Positions 13,210-27,960 of a stretch of 64,000 nt of DNA are shown here, piece after piece (the first letter of the stretch is position 1; each line of letters starts with the position of its first letter). A model generated the notes under the pieces. It was given only the letters and a program-made list of their open reading frames with translations. It made no database searches and was not told where the DNA came from. This DNA is from Octopus vulgaris. Lineage: Eukaryota. Location of the stretch: the NCBI GenBank assembly GCA_951406725.2, contig OX597826.1, forward strand, positions 49,972,001 through 50,036,000, read 5' to 3'. The position numbers were made by a program, and so were the translations under genes.

Positions 13210-13339
13210 TGTGTATGTGTGTGTGTGTCTTTGCACACACACACAGGCGGTATATATTTTTTGTTTGTGCTCCATACTATATTTAGTTTGTTTTACCCAT
13301 GAAGGTCAAAGTCATGCTTCAGCACTACCTGTTATATAT

Positions 13340-13565
13340 TTATTCTTTATCTTTTGCTCGCTTCATTCATTGGACTGCAGCCATACCGGGACATGGCCAT
13401 GAAGGGATTAAGTCAAGCAAATAAACTCCAGTGCTTATTTTTTAAAGTCTATGTTTCTTTAGCAAACCACTAAGTTACAGAGTCGTAAACAAACAAACTC
13501 TGGTTTTCAAGCGGTAGTAGGGCAAAGACAAATACAGAGAGATACACATATAGATATACACACCC
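13340..13565 (-). mobile_element. Degenerate SINE B 3' half
   Basis: TTCATTCATTGGACTGCAGCCAT...CCACTAAGTTAC...GTAAACAAAC. Confidence 0.6.
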
Positions 13566-13587
13566 ATATATACTTTACACACGCACA

Positions 13588-13690
<103 letters not shown>

Positions 13691-13699
13691 TTTTTATAT

Positions 13700-14291
13700 A
13701 TAGTTGGAATTTACAAAAACGAAAGACGAAGCTAGGTGTGTAAACAACAAACAGGTGTATTAGTTTAACGCTCGGAAAGGTGAGAAAGTCTTTTATGTTT
13801 CGAGCCTACGCTCTTCAACAGAAAGGAACACGAGAAAATAAACAGAGAGAGAATAAAAAAAAAGAAAGCTTCAATAGCTAGCGGCCAATCATGGCGATGG
13901 CCGGACAGAGGTGGTCAGAGAGGACAGCTAGGAAGAAGGGAAGATAATAAAGTAGTGGTGATCCCAAAATGAAGGTACGCGTGCGTGTGTATGTGAGAGC
14001 GTGTGTGTGCGTGTGGACAGGGGCTGGCGACCTTGACGTATGGGTGTGTGCATGTGTAGGTGTATGGATGATGGTGTGGGTGCTGGGAAGTGGTCAGCGC
14101 TAGTGTTTGCGGGGTGGTATGATGGGGTGTGGTGTGGTGGTGTGTGGTGTGGGTGTTGGGAAGTGGTCAATGCTAGTGTGTGCAGGGTGTGCAATGTGGT
14201 GTAGTGTGATGATGTGTGGTATGTTGTGTTGTGGTGTGGTGGAGTTTGGTGTGGTGTGGTGGTGTGGTGTGGTGGTGTGTGGTATGGTGCT

Positions 14292-14295
<4 letters not shown>
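13700..14295 (-). mobile_element. (TA)n-flanked hammerhead-bearing repeat, Penelope pLTR/retrozyme-like, related to family E
   Basis: Minus strand CTTT-CTGTTGA-A-GAGC-GTAG-GCTC-GAAAC-ATA-AAAG at 13790-13825; (CACAC)-rich upstream part; (TA)n on both sides. Confidence 0.6.
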
Positions 14296-14352
<57 letters not shown>

Positions 14353-14723
14353 TTATATTTATTTAGGGAAAATGCCTCCGAGCGCGTTCCTAAAAGCTCC
14401 TATGCTATATGTTGGGCAACGCTTATTATTCGTCTCTTCCAGAGTAACCCTATGGGATTGTTATGTATGCGAAACTCCCTATAGATTCGACCTGCAATGA
14501 CCTCAAAACAAGGGTCAATATTATTATTTCCTTTTTTTTTTCATCTATTATCTATATATCTGTCTCTCTGATAAGTTAAGGTGATTCACAAACACCGCCC
14601 AAGAATCCAACGGAACTTTCTGATTGATGTGTAATGGCAAATATTCTAAAGTTAAACAGCGATGCAACCAGAAACCATCAATGTCTGATGACATTAATAT
14701 CTGATGAAATCTCTCCCACTCTT

Positions 14724-14786
<63 letters not shown>

Positions 14787-14899
14787 AGTACTCCGTTGGT
14801 TACGACGACGAGAGTTCCTGTTCATTCGATGAACGGAGCAGCCTGCTCGTTAAACTAACATGCAACTGGCTGACCACTCCACAGACCCTTAACGTAGTT

Positions 14900-14900
<1 letters not shown>
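14787..14900 (-). mobile_element. SINE family C, 3' fragment
   Basis: GGTTACGACGACGAG...CAGCCTGCTCG...GGCTGACCACTCCACAGAC; matches the 3' end of 40004-40316. Confidence 0.75.
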
Positions 14901-16368
<1,468 letters not shown>

Positions 16369-16883
16369 TCTATATAATTAAAGGTGTGTGTGCGTGTGTG
16401 AGTGTATGTGTGTGTGTGTGTCTGTGTGTGTATATGCGTGTGTGTGTATGTACTTTTGTGAGTCTAACTTTATATTATTAAAGTGGGTGTATGTGTGTGT
16501 GTGTGTGTTTGTGTTTCTGACCACAGCTAATGCACGAAGTGTGTAAGGGTCACTTGAATGTTTACTTAAAAACCAGGTTACATTAGTGTGGGGATCAATG
16601 TCAAGAGCTGAAGAACGTAGCGAGGAAATTCGAAGAGAGTGAAGAACTGAAGAACTACCAAGTTGGTAGAATGAACTAAAGCAGATTAGCGATGATAACT
16701 AAAATCTAATTAAAGTACTACTTGTAGATGTGAAATTGATGCTTCTAAACATATATATACACACAGTAATTCGTAAATAAACATACATGTATTCATGTCT
16801 ATATCAATGTTTGTGGTTGTATCTACGTATATAGACGTACATGTGTGTGTTCGTATGTGGGTGTGTATCGGAATTTATATATA

Positions 16884-16917
<34 letters not shown>

Positions 16918-16934
16918 CACAAACACATACATGC

Positions 16935-16969
<35 letters not shown>

Positions 16970-16987
16970 CATACATACATACATACA

Positions 16988-17019
<32 letters not shown>

Positions 17020-17169
17020 AATGTATGTGTGTCTGTGTATTTATAAGTCCTAACTGATGCTCCAACATGGCGGCGGTCAAATGACTGAGACAAGTACACG
17101 AATAAAAAAATATACAAACACACGCACATAGATATATAGATAGATACACACTCATATCTATAATATACA

Positions 17170-17215
<46 letters not shown>

Positions 17216-17256
17216 AGAATATATTTATATATGTACAAAAATGTATTTATGTATGT

Positions 17257-17325
<69 letters not shown>

Positions 17326-17366
17326 GAGACAGACAGACAGACAGACAGAGACAGACAGAGAGATAT

Positions 17367-17590
17367 TAAGGAGATGTACATGCATAGCAAGTGACCCGAT
17401 CTGCGTGGAAGGTGTTTATATGCCATTTAAAACACAAAATCCGGTGCTGCATCGGAATTTTGTCAGTGAACAAGTCGCGGTCTCAAAGCGACAAAAATAT
17501 TTTAGCAAATTATATTTAAATGTTGAAGTGAATCTAACGGTTTTTGTGTTTTAAATGGCTTATAAACACCTTCCACGCTGAAATTGTTTA
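17367..17590 (+). mobile_element. Hammerhead-variant repeat with internal inverted duplication; homologue at 22562-22761
   Basis: Inverted arms 17403-17439 and 17542-17578; TTTGTCA-GTGAACA-A-GTCGC..GCGAC-AAAA-ATAT-TT. Confidence 0.7.
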
Positions 17591-17604
17591 TATATGTGTT
17601 TATA

Positions 17605-18000
17605 TATCAAAATAAGCAACAGGATATCAAGAAGTGATGCAGTACGACCGTTTCAAGCAACTCCACTTAATTGAACAATGCAATCATTACATCAATTTAA
17701 GTGCAGAGCTATCCTCAGCTGATATGACCCCAACAAACTTCATACATTTCTTGGAAGTGTAGTATATATTTAGCTACTATACCGAGAACATTGTCTTTTT
17801 CTATCTTCTTGCTCTATTAAAGTATTTGAGTAAAATTATATTAATGTGTCCAACTGATTAAAATTCTGTTTATTTATTTGTGCAGCCGAGGATAGCCCTG
17901 TATTTAAATTGATGTAATGATTGCATTGTTCAATTAAATGGAGCCGTCTGAAAGAGTCGTACTGTTACACTTCTTCATATCCTGGTGCTTATTTTGATTT
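17605..18000. mobile_element. Element with ~115-bp inverted arms, each holding a degenerate long-stem-II HHR-like motif
   Basis: 17606-17720 is the approximate reverse complement of 17883-17998; C(T/C)GAGGA...GAAA(C)..GTC-GTACTG. Confidence 0.6.
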
Positions 18001-18084
18001 TATTCACCTTACTTTGAGCTGTGCGGATAATACCGGACTGACTTGGTGCTTCAACTTAAGTACCTAATTCAACTGAATCTCCAT

Positions 18085-18175
<91 letters not shown>

Positions 18176-18254
18176 TATATTCATATATATATATGCATAT
18201 AGAAACGTATATATGTATATGTAAGCACGTGCGTATGTAAATAAATATAAGTAT

Positions 18255-18448
18255 TCTTTTATTTGTTTCAGTCATTTGACTGCGGCCATGCTGAAGTACT
18301 GCCTTTAGTAGAGCAAATAGACCCTAAGACTTATTCTTTGTAAGCCTAGAACTTATTCTATCGTTCTCTCTTGCCGAACTGCTAAGTGACGGGGACATAA
18401 ACACACCAGCATCTGTTGTCAATGGGAAGCAAACACAGACACACAAAC

Positions 18449-18517
<69 letters not shown>

Positions 18518-18905
18518 ATGGTATTATTAAAATACCATCACAAGTGGTAAGCGAATTATCAGCCGTACAGGGAAATTAATAGAATATATACATACACTAT
18601 TAGATATGTACATATATACACAAGGGTCTTACCTCAAATGGGTCAGAACATGTTGGGTCAGAACAATAATGTCTTGGGTCAGAACAATAATGTCTTACCT
18701 CAAAAACTTGTTCTGACCCATTTGAGGTAAGACATTATTATTGTTCACTGATATTTTTTCCTATCTTGTCTGTAATAGATTTGTGACTATTCGGTGGTAC
18801 CGAAGTATTTTTTGACTTCTATCATTAGCGATATAGGTACTCATGTAGTATCCTTGTGTATATATGTACATATCTAATACTGTATGTATATATTTTATTA
18901 ATTTG

Positions 18906-18946
<41 letters not shown>

Positions 18947-19078
18947 GACGGGATTCTTTCAGTTTCCGTTTACCAAATCCATTCACAAGGCTTTGGTCGG
19001 CCCGAGGCTATAGTAGAAGACACTTGCCCAAGGTACCACGCAGTGGTACTGAACCCGGAACCATGTGGTTGGTAAGCC
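18255..19078 (-). mobile_element. SINE B split at its internal (TA)n by a nested insertion
   Basis: 3' half 18255-18450 and 5' half 18944-19078 are collinear with 52764-53153. Confidence 0.85.
18515..18905. mobile_element. (TA)n-flanked element with inverted arms and internal rearranged duplications
   Basis: 18575-18624 is inverted relative to 18852-18902; GGGTCAGAACA(ATAATGTCTT) occurs direct and inverted in 18626-18745. Confidence 0.6.
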
Positions 19079-19457
19079 TGCTTAAGTATATGTTAATATA
19101 TAAATGTTTATATATATACACATATATACACACATATATATGCATATATACACACACACACATATATATACATATATATTTATATTAATGCTATGCGTAT
19201 GTGTAATGTGTGTAATGCTATGTGTGTGTGTAATCATATATATAAATGATAGCTGTGTGTATATAAGTCTAGCGATTAAATTTAGATAAGTGTGCGCATG
19301 CGTGCATGTGCCCGGTGTTTACTAAGCATGCGTGCTTGACGGGACTAATTACATGTTTCAACATGTGTATTATATTTCAGGGTGCGTACGTGTATGTTTG
19401 CATGTGTGTTTGTGTGTGTGTGATAGTGGATGTATCAACGCGCGTGTGTGTGTACAT

Positions 19458-19500
<43 letters not shown>

Positions 19501-20504
19501 TGTGTGAGTCTCTATGTCATTAAAAGTGTGAATGTGAGTAAGCCAATCTGTGTGTTTGTGTGCATGTATAGTCTCACTTTGGAGCCACTTGATTACGGGT
19601 TCAATCCCACCACGCGGCATCTTGGTTAAGTGTCTCTTACTAAAGCCCCATTTTCTCAATGCTTTTTGAGTGAATTTACAAGACGGAAATTGAGTGGAAG
19701 TCTTATGGGTATTTAAATAAAGAGAGTAGGCCCCTAGCAAGACTAAAATACCACAACCGAGCTATTCAATATTAAAAGAAGGATGAAGCAATGGCATTGT
19801 CTGAAATCGAGTTCTCTGCTCCCATGCTGCGCAAAGTAACATAAGTCTGACAGGAGCAACTTGCAATCGACTGTCCAAAACACTTTCAAGACTAGGAATC
19901 TATACGCGTAGTCATCAAATTAGATAAAATTCTTTGAGCATATTAAAATTGTAAATAACGATAAAAAACTTAACTTCATTGTAGAATTTTTATCTGAACA
20001 TGCTTAAATCGTAAATAATGAAAACAAATTAAGTATATTGTAGGGTTCTTATCTCTGGATAGTGTGCTTTTGTGTGGATGCCATACTATATCCTGTAACT
20101 TTCCAGTTTAACGGATGATTTGTTTGAATGTTGCCCTCATCTTATTATTTCAAGTTTGTCGGAGTTGCTTCTGCCCTCATTATCGAACACTTACACATCA
20201 TTTTCGACAGAAGATCCAACATATATATATTTTTTCTTTTTTGTGATCCCAACTTCATTAAAGTTTCACCCCCTTCCCCCCTTTTCCTCTTTCTCTCAAC
20301 ATCCAATTCCTTCCCTTATATGAAGTAATCTACCCAGTATTCATTCTATATCGAGTGAAAAAACGGTATGAACGATTTATTTTGGAGTCTAGCAATACCA
20401 TGTACGCCTATGAGGATTTACTTTCCCAATGAAACTCGGTTTTTCTCAAACTTTTTCTCAAACCTGTTATAATGTGATACAAGTCTTTGGTGTGGCAATT
20501 GTAC

Positions 20505-20597
20505 GCGGCTGAAGAAGGCTTTTGATCTATCTGTTATATCAATTATACATTGATATAAGAATAAGTTGTTCAATAAAGCCCGAAACATATGTACCGC
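20505..20597 (+). ncRNA. Type I minimal hammerhead ribozyme motif
   Basis: GCGG / CTGAAGA / A-GGCTTT...AAAGCC-C / GAAA / palindromic stem III ACATATGT / GTA site / CCGC. Confidence 0.75.
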
Positions 20598-20712
20598 AAA
20601 ATCCTTTGCGTCCTGTTTTTTCTTTTACTTCATTTGATACATATATCCTATCACCTATGCCACTAGCTGGCATATACAGGTGCTTACATTTATCAAGTAT
20701 TCACCCTGAATT

Positions 20713-20787
<75 letters not shown>

Positions 20788-21515
20788 CATACATATACAT
20801 ATATATATATAGATAGATAGATATATATATATATACACACACACGTGTACATACAGACATACGTATGTACATGTATGTATACGCATACATATATACTGCA
20901 TATATGTCTGTATATATATATATCTATATATACATGTGTATTTATATATATGTATGTGTATATAAATATATATGTATGTGTATATATGTATGTATGTGTG
21001 TTTGTATGTAAATGTTGTTTGATGCTATTTTCCAGCATTCTGTAGCTGAATCACTTGCAAATCCAAAAACAATGCGATTTCGATAAAACTTATCCCTCGT
21101 ATTAATTCACTTCGAATTCTTTGACTTCAAAGGACAAAACATTTTTGATTCTGTTACTAAAATGCTTGGAAAATATTCCCAAACAGCACTTTAAATCCAA
21201 TTACACCAAAACGGATTAACTTGCATTAATGTCTACGTATTTGTGTACAATCAAATAGCTGTTATTTAACATTTCTCAGGGGAATGCTTCGCAAACGGAA
21301 ATTTGACGTTAATTTGTCGGAATTGTTACCTTCTTTTGTAATGTGACAAAGCTGATAATACATACGATAGTTTCTTTACGACTTACCTATACAGCAACAT
21401 ACTATAAGCAGAGGATACCACAGTATCTGACTGGCAGGAAGTAAGTATATGCTGTTGTAATTTGAACATTCTCATCTTGGTCTCGTCCTCATCAGGAAGC
21501 CATACATACATACAC

Positions 21516-21546
<31 letters not shown>

Positions 21547-21985
21547 TACACACACACACACACACAAGCACACTCAAGCACACACACACACACGCAACAA
21601 GTATGTATGTCAATATGTATGTGTACTGGTATAAATGTTCTTTTCCAATTTGCTTCTTTAGGTGTATAGATTGATTTATGTATGAGCAGAAATAAAGTAA
21701 AGATACGATAAAAATGAAATAAAATAAAATCGAAATATAAAAAATATAAAGACAAAAATAAAAATAAAAATAATAAATAAAATAAAAATGAAAATAATAA
21801 GTAAAAATAGAATAAACATATAGTAAATAAAGCAGAAATAAAATATGATAATATTGAATGCACGAAGGTGAGATAAACTGAAATAAATCCATGTACATGT
21901 GTGTATACGTGTGTGCTTTTATATATATATATATATATTAACCAAGTATGGATGCCTTCGTTTATGTATTATTGTGTGTACGCGC

Positions 21986-22026
<41 letters not shown>

Positions 22027-22561
22027 CATACATATATGTTTGTGTGTGTGTTTTCTTCCTAAGTTATATTGGTTCTCAAGTATGCATTCATTATGGTGAG
22101 GGGTTAATTAATTATATATCATTTATATTTAGATAAAAAAAAGTATGTTTAAAACTTCTGCGATTATGAATGCTGTTTCTATATTTATACACATGGATGC
22201 GTGTGTATGCGTATATATTATCTATTTATGTATTAGTATACATGTGTGTGTGTGAGTATCTGTGCGTGCGTGTGTATATAGAAATTTCGCTCTGAATTTA
22301 TTTCATTAGATCTTAAGCGTATATTATTGAAAGATTATCACAGTAATTATATTAATGAGTATATTTATTACTAGTTATTATATTATAGGATTATACATTT
22401 ATATATTTAGATATATGTTGGGATGGTGTACTTAATATTCATATTTGGGCTTACTCTATACATTTATAATTATTACGTGGATTTATTTGGTCTATTACGT
22501 CATCAAAATTGATTTCATTGATAGATATATAATATTTTTATCTAAATTAAAAATTAAAATT

Positions 22562-22761
22562 ACGGAGATGTACTCGCATAGCAAGTAATTTGATCTGAGA
22601 TCGTGTGCTGAAACGAAAACAATTGCAGCGTGGAAGGTGTTTATAAGCCATTTAAGAAACACACAAAAGCCGTTCGATTCACTTCAACATTTAAGTTTAA
22701 TTTGTCAAAATATTTTCGTCGCTAAAATCCGCGACCTGTTCATTGACAAAGTCCGTGCTGC
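22562..22761 (-). mobile_element. Hammerhead-variant repeat, homologue of 17367-17590
   Basis: Minus strand TTTGTCA-ATGAACA-G-GTCGC..GCGAC-GAAA-ATAT-TT-TGACAAA; flanked by AAATTAAAAT on both sides (possible TSD). Confidence 0.7.
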
Positions 22762-24194
22762 AAATTAAAATGTATAATGTTATACAGTTAATTAATAGGG
22801 ATCAATATTCAATTTTATTATTACCATCACTATTAAACTGATTTTTAAGTAGTGTATAATCTAACATAATATGGTGTATGCTATTTATAATTATATTATG
22901 GTAGGTTTGTTAGCACAGTTATACTAAGTTATACTAATTATACTTAAATTTTAATTTATATCTTCCTAAAATTTGTATTGAAATTACAATGTATCATATT
23001 ATTTGGTTAATTGGTGAATGCCAATTCTCATTAATATTATTATTATTATTATTAAGTATATATTTAAATATTACATAATGCAATGTGGTATATATTATTT
23101 TTATTATTATTTATGCTAATATCCTTGCATGGTTAATATCTATGCTTGGATTAAAAGTTGTTATTTTATTCAATAGCTAGTAAAGGTTCGTGTTCTCTCT
23201 TATTATTGAAATGAAATTCAAGCATTATATGATATAATATAATATAGTATATGTTATTTATATTTGTTATTTCCAATTATTTTAATTTATGTTTGGTTTT
23301 AAAATTAAGCCATAGTTATACTGTTTCTGTGTTTTTAATGTTAGGTTTAATTTGTTACCTGTTCAATAAATTTATTTAATTTTCTAGATTATATCTAGGT
23401 TAGTTATAACAAATTAGAATAGCTTAATGTTTGGTTACATTTACAGTCTATTTAATAAATTCATTTAATTTTCTTAAATTATATTAAGTTTAATCACTAC
23501 AAGTAAAATATGTATCTTCCCCAAGCCATTCAATTTACGTTTAGATGTTATAAGATTAAATTATTACTACTTATTTTATATCCTATTTCTACTCATAATT
23601 TTCATTTCTAAAGACATATTCAGAGTAGTGGTAACATGTCTATACAAACAAAATTGCAGTTTAATATCAATCTCCTAATTAATTAAATTTTCTAAAGACA
23701 TATTTTGAGTAGTGTCAACAATCTAAAATAATTTGTGCTTAGATTTTATTATTTGAAAGATCTCTTTGGTGCATAAGCGGCATTTTCTATCTGAAATATG
23801 GTAAGCTATGACATGGCTAACAACCCCCTATTTAATCATATAAAATATTTACCATTATCTTTTAACATCCATATAAATTTTGCGATACTAGTATTATTGA
23901 TTTTATGTCTATTTCTAAATCAACTATCGTGGTTTGCGATTCTTCGTTTGAATCTAGTTTCGGTCGAACCTATGTAATGGTATTCCTTCCCTTCAGATTT
24001 AGCTTTGCACTCACATACTAAGTTATCTTGTTTACAATTATTGTTAACATTGCAGTTGTCATTAATCCTACAATCACAATTCATATTAACGTTATTGTTC
24101 ATAGATTTGTTTTCATTTTATTATTAGGGTTAGGAAGGGAGTTACTATGTCTTTTAATTATTGTAATTTACTTTGCCACCATTTTCATTAAGGG

Positions 24195-24435
24195 TACGCC
24201 ATGGGCATATGGCGTAGTAGTTAAGAGTAGTTAAGAGCATGGGCTACTAACCCCAAGATTCTGAGTTCGATTCCAGGCAGTGACATGAAAAATAATGATA
24301 ATAATAAGATCGAAAAATAACTTAGGAATGAGTATCCAGGTTCAAAATTTCCCCGGAACGCATGAAGAAGACTGGGGAGTATATCAGCCGAAACATGTTA
24401 ACAACAAACAAGATGAGGACAAATATAAATAATAT
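24195..24435 (+). mobile_element. tRNA-head/(AAT)n/hammerhead element, second copy
   Basis: GGGCATATGGCGTAG...GAGTTCGATTCCAGG, short AAT linker, ATGAAGA-A-GACTG..CAGCC-GAAAC; 8-bp inverted head TACGCCAT at 24195. Confidence 0.8.
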
Positions 24436-24949
24436 TATGTCTATTTTTTTTTATGAATTTTCAAGTATATCCTTATCAATACTATTAATTTCCGTTTTAC
24501 TGGATTTTTTTTTTTTTGCTTTTCTTATTAGCATATTTAATATCAAGTTTAATGAGTTTATAATTAGTTTTAGTATTTACTTCTACACTTATGCTATTGT
24601 TTTCCTATTTTTAGAACATTGTTTATTGTCCTATCTATACTTCATTTATTTTATGATCATTTGTAGCATTAGTTTTTCCATTATGTATCGTATTTGGGTA
24701 ATCTATAATTTTGTTTTCTCTATTTACATTAAGTAGGCATTTACTAGGTTTATGATATTTTATTTTGTGCTTAAATCCTGTTTTTTTTAAGTGCATCATT
24801 ATAGAAGTTAGCCTTTTGTAGAAGTTCTTTTCATTATATGAAAGATAAGTAAGTCTCTTCTCTATGTTTTTAATTAATGTGTTTTTTATTGGTTTTGGAT
24901 GATTACTCAGATTATTAATATATTTTAGATTTGTATTGGGCTTATAATA

Positions 24950-25182
24950 CCTATTTCTTTACTACCCACAAGGGGCTAAACACAGAGAGGACAAACAAGG
25001 ACAGAAAAATGGATTAAGTCGATTATATCGATCCCAGTGCGTAACTGATACTTATTTAATCGACCCCGAAAGGATGAAAGGCAAAGTCGACCTCGGCGGA
25101 ATTTGAACTCAGAACGTAACGGCAGACGAAATACCGCTAAGCATTTCGCCCGGCGTGCTAACGTTTCTGCCAGCTTGCCGCC
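24950..25182 (-). mobile_element. Full-length SINE A inserted in the Penelope RT
   Basis: Complete head to tail; TSD ATTG(G)GCTTATAATA at 24935-24949 and 25185-25198. Confidence 0.95.
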
Positions 25183-25985
25183 ACATTGGCTTATAATATG
25201 GTTCATATTTACCAGTTACAAGATTAAAGTTATTATCAAAAAATTATCCGAGTTATTTTTTTTTCAACCACACACATGCATATATATTTATATATACAGA
25301 TGTATGCGTGCATACATGCGTGTATGTGTGTATGTATGCATATATGTATGCATGTATATATTTATGTATGTACCTATGTATGTAAGAATAAGTGTTTGTA
25401 TGTATGTATATACTTACATACACGTGAACAAACTAATATGTCGAAATCTCTCAACAACAGGTAATGCGTGCTCAAGTGCTCTGGCTATGAACATCGAAGA
25501 ACGAACGGAGGAGACGACACTTGATACCTATAGGCTATCCCATGTTTAACTGGCGTAAAAGTTTTAAGTTGAAACAGGCTAAAGCAGCACTGATAACTGA
25601 TAAGCAAACTTTGTTTATGCTTCGTTCGTCACTTGGACTCGACACTTGTTTAACGCTCTCTCTACGACATCGTGCCAGCGACACGCACAAGAAAGAGTGA
25701 GAGAAAGGGAGATAGGCAGACGTGGAGGAGTGGACACACTGTGTGTGAGCGAGTGATAGAGTGTGAATGTGATAGAGATATGTATGGAGAGAGGGAGAGA
25801 GAGAGAGAGAGAGCTAGTGACATATTCTTTCGGCTTTTAAACAGCCTCGGCGAAATTATAACAAACATGATCCATCTATTTATCTTTCTGTGTGGTGTGA
25901 CCTTGTCCGCGTATGCGCATGTGTGAGGTAAGGAGATGGCTTTTGTAGCTATGTGTGTGTGTATATTTACAAGTATGTATATATA

Positions 25986-26049
<64 letters not shown>

Positions 26050-27279
26050 AATATATATATACACACACACACACATATAGTCATATATTTTATCTAAAAA
26101 TGCACAATTCATACTCCAAAATACACACACAACACAAAATCTATTTATTTATGGACTCATCTGTCTGTCAATCCCTTTCTCTTTCTCTCTCCCTCTCTCT
26201 CTCTCTCTCCCTATCGCTCTCTCTATATATATATATCGCTCTCTCTCTCTCCCTCTTTCTCCCCCCTCTCTCTCTCTCTGCCTGTCAAGTTTACCTGCTC
26301 GCCTTTTAGCATCTCACTTTTTTCGCTTCTTCTTCATTTCTTCATTTATTATCACCACTCTATCTAGTCGTCTGTCTATCAGTCTGTCCATTTACCCTCT
26401 GTCAAACTATCGTCTGCTACCATGTATATTTATAATGTAAAAATGCCAGTCTTTCCGCTCGTCTGTCAATTTGTAATATTTTTTTTTTCTTTTTACAATT
26501 TACAAGTTCAGATCTGTTTAATCTAAAGAGAACTTCACAACGCTTGGTGTGAAAAGGCAAATTGGAAGATTTTAAATGGAGTAGACTGTAAAAAAATATA
26601 CAAATATATAATGTAGGAATAAAATACAATAATGTAGACTAGAATAACTGATCCCTCTTTCTTGTACTTCTTGGAGACAGACGGAATTGGAAATCATGGA
26701 CTATCAGTGAGATCAAACTAATTGGTTGAATTCGGTTTGAATACAAGAAACCATTTTAAATCAACATATATTGACTTACCTATAACTGTTTTAAGTGACA
26801 AAACAAAAACTCCTATCTGATATCACTCCTCTCAGCTCTGCTATCTGATATATATCCACTTCGCCATAAACGATGCACTGCTACCACCACCACCAACACT
26901 GACTATCTTTGGGGAGCTCTTCATCGTTGCCTGACATGCTGGAGATAATAGCCAAATGTCCTTTAAGCCAAGCATTGCTCGTCTTTAAAACATCTTTAAA
27001 ATATAAATGACAAAGGAAACTGTAGTTCCGAAAATAAAATGCTTGAAAAAAAAAAGGCGAGTTAGTCATGGTAGGTGTGACTTTGATCATACCTCTATGT
27101 GTCCAAGGTTGACGTGGGTCTAAACGTCAAAATATGAGTTAAACAATGAACGACGGAGTCCCAACATGTCTACTTCAATTGTTAGAAACAGCAACCGAAT
27201 TCCCTTCAAAGCATACTTCACTGATATTTCCATCATACTATATAAGCGATCCCCACACATTATTATACATATAGCTAAA

Positions 27280-27378
27280 GGTATGGATGTGTTATTAAGA
27301 AGCATGCTTTGTAATCACATAGTTTCGTGTTCAATACCACTGCGCGGTACCTTGGGCGAGTTTCTTCTACTATAGCCT
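27280..27378 (+). mobile_element. SINE B 5' fragment
   Basis: CCACTGCGCGGTACCTTGGGCGAGTTTCTTCTACTATAGCC. Confidence 0.7.
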
Positions 27379-27397
27379 TGTATACACACATACACAC

Positions 27398-27669
27398 ATA
27401 CACGGTGGGGATGGGTGCAGAAAAGTTCCTGGCTTTAAGGGTATCGCGAAAGGGTAGATCTGTTACCTTTACAGTGGAAGTAGGACACCTATTTCCGGAA
27501 AATATATCGAAAAAATCATGATGGTATACAATATATCTTCCTCTTTTTTGCAGATTTAACGCATGATGGCAGCACCTACTGTAGATTTTGCTAATTCTGA
27601 AGCAAGGACAGTCATGATGTTCCTCTTTTTGCAACGCAAAAGGGCGGCAGAAATCCATGGCATGATGGA
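27398..27669 (+). mobile_element. mariner-like transposon 5' remnant
   Basis: TIR-like GAAAAGTTCCTGGCTTT and a peptide EARTVMMFLFLQRKRAAEIHGMM resembling the mariner N-terminal HTH. Confidence 0.55.
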
Positions 27670-27955
<286 letters not shown>

Positions 27956-27960
27956 ATAAG

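Larger units (their letters stand above)
23700..25255 (-). pseudogene. Decayed Penelope-like element (RT thumb plus GIY-YIG endonuclease) with nested insertions
   Basis: FNLVTGKYEPYYKPNTNLKYINNLSNHP (joined across the SINE at 24950-25182), CDCRINDNC..NNC linker, YHYIGSTETRFKRRIANH, AKFIWMLK, KCRLCTKE. Confidence 0.85.

Noticed and set aside
23920-23922. In-frame TGA in the Penelope endonuclease (NHDS*FRN) as selenocysteine
   Set aside because: The position is expected to be Ser (TCA to TGA) and the copy has other disabling changes; no SECIS recognised.
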